A stretch of DNA of 64,000 bases. Origin: a bacterium. GTDB taxonomy: Bacteria > Fidelibacterota > Fidelibacteria > Fidelibacterales > Fidelibacteraceae. How positions within the stretch are numbered: the stretch's first letter is position 1; each line of letters begins with the position of its first letter. Shown here piece after piece: positions 58,640-64,000 of the stretch. The stretch covers positions 1,696,001 through 1,760,000 of the forward strand of contig OY781066.1 of NCBI GenBank assembly GCA_963676395.1. The letters are read 5' to 3'. Position numbers and translations under genes: made by a program. Under the pieces are notes generated by a model that saw only the letters and a list, made by a program, of their open reading frames with translations, had not been told where the DNA came from and did not search any database.

Positions 58640-59266
58640 TTATTGTTTTCTTAGAACATTATTATAGCCAGCACAAATAATGGTATCTTGTCCCTCGGTT
58701 CTTACCGCCCATTCTTGACCATATTGAGTTTCTATTACATGAGGAATGTAAGATTTATTCCAGGCTGTAGGTGAGTGTGCTGCCCGGTAGACAGAATCTT
58801 CAGTAAATGTATATATTTGTCCACGAGTATTGCTCCAAGAACCTACAATATCATCGACCAGGAAATCAATACGAGGAACAACAGCATCACTTAAATAGAT
58901 CTTAGTGATTTCGCTATCGTTTTGACTGTAAAGAATGTAACTGCTGGTATCTTTAATCTCAATATATGTGAACTTACCATTACTGAACCATGGTGTGCTG
59001 GTAAATGTTATAACATCATCTACTATTTCCCATGAGAAAAAATCAGATTCACATAGAGGGGGATCCCAAAAACCACCTTCACCAGTACCATCATCCCAAA
59101 ATTGAAGATATAATTCGGTTAAAGGAGGGTTTGGATCAGGGGAGCCCGGATCAGGTAGTGCAAAACGATAGCAACCGCTTGGAACTGTTGCTTCGGGTAC
59201 TTGAATACAAGATACAAGTGTGAGTAGCGCGATGAAAATTATGAATGGCAATAGTTTCTGTTTCAT
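58640..59266 (-). CDS. Hypothetical lipoprotein
   Basis: Lipobox LVSC; beta-rich, IVGSWSN motif reminiscent of lipocalin-like domains. Confidence 0.7.
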   Translation of the reverse strand: MKQKLLPFIIFIALLTLVSCIQVPEATVPSGCYRFALPDPGSPDPNPPLTELYLQFWDDGTGEGGFWDPPLCESDFFSWEIVDDVITFTSTPWFSNGKFTYIEIKDTSSYILYSQNDSEITKIYLSDAVVPRIDFLVDDIVGSWSNTRGQIYTFTEDSVYRAAHSPTAWNKSYIPHVIETQYGQEWAVRTEGQDTIICAGYNNVLRKQ

Positions 59267-59285
59267 GTTATTCCTTTATGAAAAA

Positions 59286-60893
59286 TTAGTTCAAAACTGA
59301 GAAATCTGCAAAAACTACAAAAATACTTATAATAATAGCAAGAATAATTCCTGCTGCCCATTTTGCACCTTTCCAGGGAGTCATATCAACGGCTTTGACA
59401 TCTTCTTGAATAAATTCTGTCTCTCTGGGGTTTGTCTCTCCCATAATTAACATCGTGATGATAAGGTAAAGAAAGACAAGTCCAAGAAAATGGTATTCAT
59501 GCATCTGTGCCACGATCTTATCAAAAGGTGGGACGAAATAGCCGATTGCAATAATGATAATACCGCCAAGAAGTCCAAAATTCGCGGCGCGCTGAGGGAC
59601 GCGTTTGGTTAACATTCCGGTTAAAACAACCGCAAAGATCGGAATAAAGTAGATACCATTCATTTTTTGCAAATAGGAATAAATAGACCCTGTTTTTGCC
59701 AGTAAGGGTGCGACAACAACGGCAAAGATTGCCAGGATAATTCCAAAGATCTTTCCTGATGATACGATTTGTTTTTCGCTGGCTGTTTTGTTGAGTTTTT
59801 CTTTATAAATACCCAAAGAGAAAAGTGTACAGGTAGAGTTTAATGCTGAGTTAAATGATGAAAGAATAGCACCTAGCATGGCGGCGGCAAAAAAGCCTGC
59901 CAAAGGTGTGGGTAGTACTTCATTGACCAACATTCCGTATGCATGGTCAGCCTTGATGCCTTGTCCGGCAAACAGAGCAAAAGCAATAATACCGGGAAGA
60001 ACCAAATAGAGTGGCCCTAAAAGCTTTAATCCACCGGTAAGTAAGACACCTTTTTGACCTTCGGACAAAGAGCTGGCAGCAAAAGTTCTTTGAATGATCT
60101 GCTGATTGGTTGTCCAGTAGAAAAAGTTAAGTAACATCACACCGGAGAAGACGGTGGAGAAGGGGACCGATGTTTCAGGGCCTCCGATAGAGTTCATTTT
60201 TTCGGGTACCAGTTCAGCAAGATTACGAATACCCTCTAAAAAGCTACCATCGCCAAGCATTTTAAAAGCAAAAAATGTAATGAGGAAACCACCTGTAAGT
60301 AATCCGATGCCATTTAAAGTATCCGAAACCGCAACGGTACGCAGGCCTCCGGTAAGAGCATAAAGTGAACCTATTACACCTACAGAGATTACGACAAGTA
60401 CAAGAACGGTTCCATAATCCTGAATGCCAAGCAATGTCTGCAGATCAAGAATACCTATCAAACCAACCGCTCCCGTATAAAGGATAATAGGCAATAGGAT
60501 CAAGGCATAGGCTGAGAGCATAATAATATTTGTAATGAATTCACTGGTTTTACCAAAACGGATGCTTAAATATTCGGGTACCGTGGTAACACCGCTTTTA
60601 AGAAAGCGTGGTAAAAAGAATAAGGCCATGGCAAGAAGAGCAAGCACCGCGCCGACTTCCCATACCATGACGGCAAAACCATCGGTAAAGGCTGAGCCGT
60701 TAAGTCCAACCATTTGCTCGGTTGATAAATTGGTCAGCAATAATGAACCTGCGATTAGCGGAAAGGATAAATTGCGTCCCGCCAGAAAATAACCGTTTTT
60801 CGAGCTCATATCCTGCTTGCGTGTGAAGAACCATGTTAACACAGCAACAAGAAGAGTGAAAAATAAGAATGAAATGATGATGAAGAAGTTCAC
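59286..60893 (-). CDS. Sodium:solute symporter (SSS, YidK-like)
   Basis: GYFLAGR, SLLLTNLSTEQ.VG, GGLR.VA.SD, YW.TNQ.IIQR, GAILSSFNS.LNS. Confidence 0.93.
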   Translation of the reverse strand: MNFFIIISFLFFTLLVAVLTWFFTRKQDMSSKNGYFLAGRNLSFPLIAGSLLLTNLSTEQMVGLNGSAFTDGFAVMVWEVGAVLALLAMALFFLPRFLKSGVTTVPEYLSIRFGKTSEFITNIIMLSAYALILLPIILYTGAVGLIGILDLQTLLGIQDYGTVLVLVVISVGVIGSLYALTGGLRTVAVSDTLNGIGLLTGGFLITFFAFKMLGDGSFLEGIRNLAELVPEKMNSIGGPETSVPFSTVFSGVMLLNFFYWTTNQQIIQRTFAASSLSEGQKGVLLTGGLKLLGPLYLVLPGIIAFALFAGQGIKADHAYGMLVNEVLPTPLAGFFAAAMLGAILSSFNSALNSTCTLFSLGIYKEKLNKTASEKQIVSSGKIFGIILAIFAVVVAPLLAKTGSIYSYLQKMNGIYFIPIFAVVLTGMLTKRVPQRAANFGLLGGIIIIAIGYFVPPFDKIVAQMHEYHFLGLVFLYLIITMLIMGETNPRETEFIQEDVKAVDMTPWKGAKWAAGIILAIIISIFVVFADFSVLN

Positions 60894-60915
60894 GTAGATT
60901 TCTCCTTAATTGTTA

Positions 60916-60933
60916 AGATTAAGATTAAGTAGA
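60916..60933. repeat. Left arm of 18-bp perfect inverted repeat (AAGATT-type hexamers)
   Basis: AGATTAAGATTAAGTAGA; exact reverse complement of 61406-61423. Confidence 0.9.
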
Positions 60934-60971
60934 AATGAGATTTTAGTTTTAAGTTTGTTTTTTCGCATGAA

Positions 60972-61352
60972 TTATACAGAATAATTTTTAAGTGTTTTTA
61001 TAATTTTATTTAGACTATGAACAACCTTTTGTATTTTAGATTCATAGTTGTTTACTGTTTCTTTTGTAAAATATTTTACTTTATTTCCGTATATCAAGTG
61101 ACTTTGCAGTTCACAAGCGGAACCTCTACTGTATCTGTAGAAATTCAACTTATCTTTTAGATGTTCTCTTCCAAAAGCTTCGGCGATATTTGCTGATATG
61201 CTATTGGCACTTCTTCTCATTTGAGAAGCAAGTGCATAATCCTCGACTTTTGGTAGCTTTTCAGTTAAATTATATATCTCAACGGATATATCAATTGATT
61301 CTTGCCATACAGGAAAATCCTTAAAGGATTTATATCCTTTGATTTGAGTCAT
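60972..61352 (-). CDS. Four helix bundle protein (TIGR02436 / 23S rRNA IVP family)
   Basis: SFKD..VWQ.S...IY..T..LP..E.Y.L.SQMRRSA.SI.ANIAE..GR, RGSA.ELQS.L. Confidence 0.95.
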   Translation of the reverse strand: MTQIKGYKSFKDFPVWQESIDISVEIYNLTEKLPKVEDYALASQMRRSANSISANIAEAFGREHLKDKLNFYRYSRGSACELQSHLIYGNKVKYFTKETVNNYESKIQKVVHSLNKIIKTLKNYSV

Positions 61353-61405
61353 AACGTCCCCCGCTATTTTATCAAATTATACCAAACTTAATCTTATTAC
61401 TTAAA

Positions 61406-61423
61406 TCTACTTAATCTTAATCT
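61406..61423. repeat. Right arm of 18-bp perfect inverted repeat
   Basis: TCTACTTAATCTTAATCT; imperfect complementarity continues inward to about 61383/60957. Confidence 0.9.
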
Positions 61424-61434
61424 CGACAATCAAT

Positions 61435-61917
61435 TTACTCATCTGTTTTCTCAATATTTTTCACTGAAATCAACGGCGGTCCCGGAGAAAATACCTTTTT
61501 TACCAAAGGTAAAATGCCTGATTCGGATTTTTCAATTTCTACTTCGGCTTCTTTGAGAACGCCTGCCCACATGGTGGCAAACCCCGGATGTTTTTCGAAC
61601 ATGATATGAATGGCTTTATCATAAACGTAAAGAACACGCAATTTATCGCGACCGGGACGTTCTTTTAGTGAAGATATGGTAGATTTTAAGTTTTCGATGG
61701 TCTTTTGTTTATTTGCTAAATCATTATTGAGCGCTTCGTTACCTTTTGCAGTAATATTCATGGTGGTGTTCAGATGACTTTTAAGTTGGGAATTTTCTTC
61801 TACGAATGCTTTTAATTTTTGTCTGTTTTTAATTCGCCCTTGAAGCCAAACTACAATACATAATAATAGACCAACACCTAGTCCGATCAATAATGATGAA
61901 AATGAAAAATTATCCAT
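61435..61917 (-). CDS. Hypothetical membrane-anchored coiled-coil protein
   Basis: N-terminal TM then heptad-rich segment; AAGGA RBS. Confidence 0.75.
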   Translation of the reverse strand: MDNFSFSSLLIGLGVGLLLCIVVWLQGRIKNRQKLKAFVEENSQLKSHLNTTMNITAKGNEALNNDLANKQKTIENLKSTISSLKERPGRDKLRVLYVYDKAIHIMFEKHPGFATMWAGVLKEAEVEIEKSESGILPLVKKVFSPGPPLISVKNIEKTDE

Positions 61918-62060
61918 AAGCCATTCCTTTATATATGTTTAACACTGTAAGATAAGGCAAAATTGTATATGATTCAAGATGTAAGTCGCCAGTTCTTTCA
62001 AGCTAGTTAAAACTATTTTAATAGCATCCGTTTTTTTGTTTGAATTTTAGCTGTATTTTC

Positions 62061-62146
62061 TTATTCGGAACGATTCTTAATAAAAGGCTTGCATTGTAAG
62101 ATAATCTATTGTATACTTGTGTTGTAATCGGAATGATTCCGAATAA
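62061..62146 (+). promoter_or_regulatory. sigma70 promoter flanked by two Fur/PerR-type palindromes
   Basis: TTATTCGGAA-cga-TTCTTAATAA (62061-62083), TTGCAT-N17-TATACT (62089-62117), GTAATCGGAA-tga-TTCCGAATAA (62124-62146). Confidence 0.75.
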
Positions 62147-62156
62147 GGAAAAGCAA

Positions 62157-62561
62157 ATGAAAGATCAGACATACAGAAATACAAAGCAGAGAAAGAGAAT
62201 ACTGGAAGTCTTGAGTATGACAGATATACATCCTACGGCTTCTTGGGTTTACGATCAGTTAAAACCGGAATTTCCCTCTTTGAGTTTAGGAACGGTTTAT
62301 CGCAATCTTGCCATTCTCGAGGAACAGGGACTATTGATAAAACTGCATTCAGGCTCTACCTTTGATCGTTATGATGCAATGGTATCGCCACACGCTCACT
62401 TTGTATGTAAGGTTTGTGGTGGTCTATTTGATATCAAAGACATGGAACTTGGCGAGCTGAAGCATTCTGCAGAAATAAAAACACGCCACCATATTGAAGA
62501 TGTTAAATTGACTTATACGGGAGTCTGTGATGATTGCTTAAATAAAGAGATGAAAGATTAA
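62157..62561 (+). CDS. perR: Fur family regulator, PerR-like
   Basis: T.QR..IL, HPTA, SLGTVYRNL, RYD...H.HFVC..C, GVC..C; adjacent to a peroxiredoxin; start reset to MKDQ. Confidence 0.85.
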   Translation: MKDQTYRNTKQRKRILEVLSMTDIHPTASWVYDQLKPEFPSLSLGTVYRNLAILEEQGLLIKLHSGSTFDRYDAMVSPHAHFVCKVCGGLFDIKDMELGELKHSAEIKTRHHIEDVKLTYTGVCDDCLNKEMKD

Positions 62562-62583
62562 TTAAAAACAAGAGGTAAATACA

Positions 62584-63267
62584 ATGGAAGAACAAGTAAA
62601 AGAAACTTACGCAATGCCATTAATCGGGGACAGCGCACCGGCATTTACAGCCAATACAACTCAGGGAACGATTAATTTTCCTGAAGATTATAAAGGTAAA
62701 TGGGTTGTATTGTTCAGTCACCCAGCTGATTTCACACCGGTATGTACAACCGAATTTATGACTTTTGCCAGCATGAAAGAAGAATTTGCTGCATTGAATA
62801 CCGAACTAATAGGTCTTTCAATTGACAGCTTATACGCTCACATTGCCTGGTTGCGTACGATCAAAGAAAAAATTGAATACAAAGGCATGAAAGATGTGGA
62901 CGTTACTTTTCCGGTGATCGAAGATCTTAAAATGGACGTAGCCAAGAAATTCGGTATGGTCCAACCCAATGCTTCAACAACGCAAGCGGTTCGTGCCGTT
63001 TTTGTGATCGATCCGGACGGTAAGGTCCAGGCCATTATTTATTACCCGCTCTCGAATGGCCGGAATATGGATGAGATCAAACGACTGATCCTGGCTTTGC
63101 AGAAAACACGTAAGGACGGTGTAGCCACACCCGCCAACTGGCAGCCCGGTGATGACGTGATCATTCCTCCTCCAGGTTCATGCGGTGCTGCAAAAGATCG
63201 CGTTGAGTCAGAAGAAGAAGGAAAGTACTGCCTTGATTGGTTCATGTGCCTGAAGAAAGACAAGTAA
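62584..63267 (+). CDS. Peroxiredoxin (Prx6 subfamily)
   Basis: FSHPADFTPVCTTE, VRAVF.IDP, GRN..EI.R, TPANW.PG, CLDWFMC. Confidence 0.95.
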   Translation: MEEQVKETYAMPLIGDSAPAFTANTTQGTINFPEDYKGKWVVLFSHPADFTPVCTTEFMTFASMKEEFAALNTELIGLSIDSLYAHIAWLRTIKEKIEYKGMKDVDVTFPVIEDLKMDVAKKFGMVQPNASTTQAVRAVFVIDPDGKVQAIIYYPLSNGRNMDEIKRLILALQKTRKDGVATPANWQPGDDVIIPPPGSCGAAKDRVESEEEGKYCLDWFMCLKKDK

Positions 63268-63300
63268 CATAATAAACACTAACATTTCGTTTTGCTCATT

Positions 63301-63330
63301 AAAAAAGGGTTGTTAAAAAACAACCCTTTT
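63301..63330 (+). terminator. Terminator after peroxiredoxin
   Basis: AAAAGGGTTG-ttaaaaaa-CAACCCTTTT. Confidence 0.75.
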
Positions 63331-63473
63331 CTTAATACAAAACTAACTTTTAAATTTTTTAAAATTTTGTTATAATATTTCGGATATTTGAGAGAGAGTA
63401 TTTCATCATTCCTGTTGAATGGTTCCTCCTCCAATATAAGTAAAAAAGAAAATCTGTATCTAAAACCGGAGAG

Positions 63474-64000
63474 ATGATGAAAAAGTTATTTGTTATTTTG
63501 TTATTAATTGGTCTGACACCACTTTTTGCGAACAGTTCGTTGGAATTCGATGGCATTGATGATTATGTCCAATTATCGTCCATATTGAACATAGGCAGCA
63601 GTAGCTCTACGATCGAAGCCTGGGTAAAGATCCCCACGGTGGGAACAGGTAATTTGATTTCGGATGAAAGAGTGGGGGTCATTATCGGGAATTGGGGTGT
63701 CGATGCAAATAACGTTGCATTGGAAGTCTATTCGGCAGGACAGTTACGATACTTCTGGAATAACGGTGAATTCGATCTGAAAGGATCAAAAGATCTCCGT
63801 GATGGAAGCTGGCATCATGTTGCTGCGGTAAGAGATAAAGTTAATGACTTGATTGTTATGTACGTTGACGGCGTTTTGGAATTTGATAATTCAAGTGCCG
63901 GAGCCGATTTCAACATTGTCCAAACCCATCGTATCGGTAGGGATAATCGAGGTGGAACACCGATCTCTTTTCATGGAGAGATCGATGAAGTGCGAGTATG
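63474..64000 (+). CDS. Secreted LamG/concanavalin-like domain protein (partial, runs off window)
   Basis: Manual translation: MMKKLFVILLLIGLTPLFANSSLEFDGIDDYV...TIEAWVK...DGSWHHVAAV...YVDG...IG...FHGEIDEVRV; GGAG RBS. Confidence 0.88.
   Translation, partial: MMKKLFVILLLIGLTPLFANSSLEFDGIDDYVQLSSILNIGSSSSTIEAWVKIPTVGTGNLISDERVGVIIGNWGVDANNVALEVYSAGQLRYFWNNGEFDLKGSKDLRDGSWHHVAAVRDKVNDLIVMYVDGVLEFDNSSAGADFNIVQTHRIGRDNRGGTPISFHGEIDEVRV

Overview
AT-rich bacterial chromosomal window, most likely from a non-Bacteroidota member of the FCB group such as a Marinimicrobia/Cloacimonadota-like anaerobe. This is an inference from YPNP(FNP)-type C-terminal secretion domains, canonical sigma70 promoters, GGAG ribosome-binding sites and hydF. 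Content is mostly housekeeping, envelope and stress genes: metF, amidase, murI, folC, smc, comF, spmAB, apbE, arsC, dut, MarR-MATE, murQ, C1 and C25 proteases, MoxR-DUF58, a secreted endonuclease I, hydF, meaB, ArsR-permease-thioredoxins and PerR-peroxiredoxin, plus six tRNAs. No CRISPR array, integrase, transposase or rRNA was seen. The main hidden signal is a family of 'four helix bundle' (23S-IVP/Avd-like) genes lodged between co-oriented housekeeping genes. Each is bracketed by short tandem repeats that are complementary across the gene: one has 14 perfect TGATAGC units and the other a perfect 18-bp inverted repeat. A third copy is decayed, and many gene-less repeat scars occur at gene boundaries. 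One scar now encodes the folC tail, while a diverged, mostly synonymous second copy of the folC 3' end lies 1.5 kb downstream, beyond an inserted lipoprotein gene. Also found: three small ORFs below the ORF-track cutoff, a frameshifted thioredoxin, a GWxTD-like remnant, and CRP-, MarR- and Fur/PerR-type operators.
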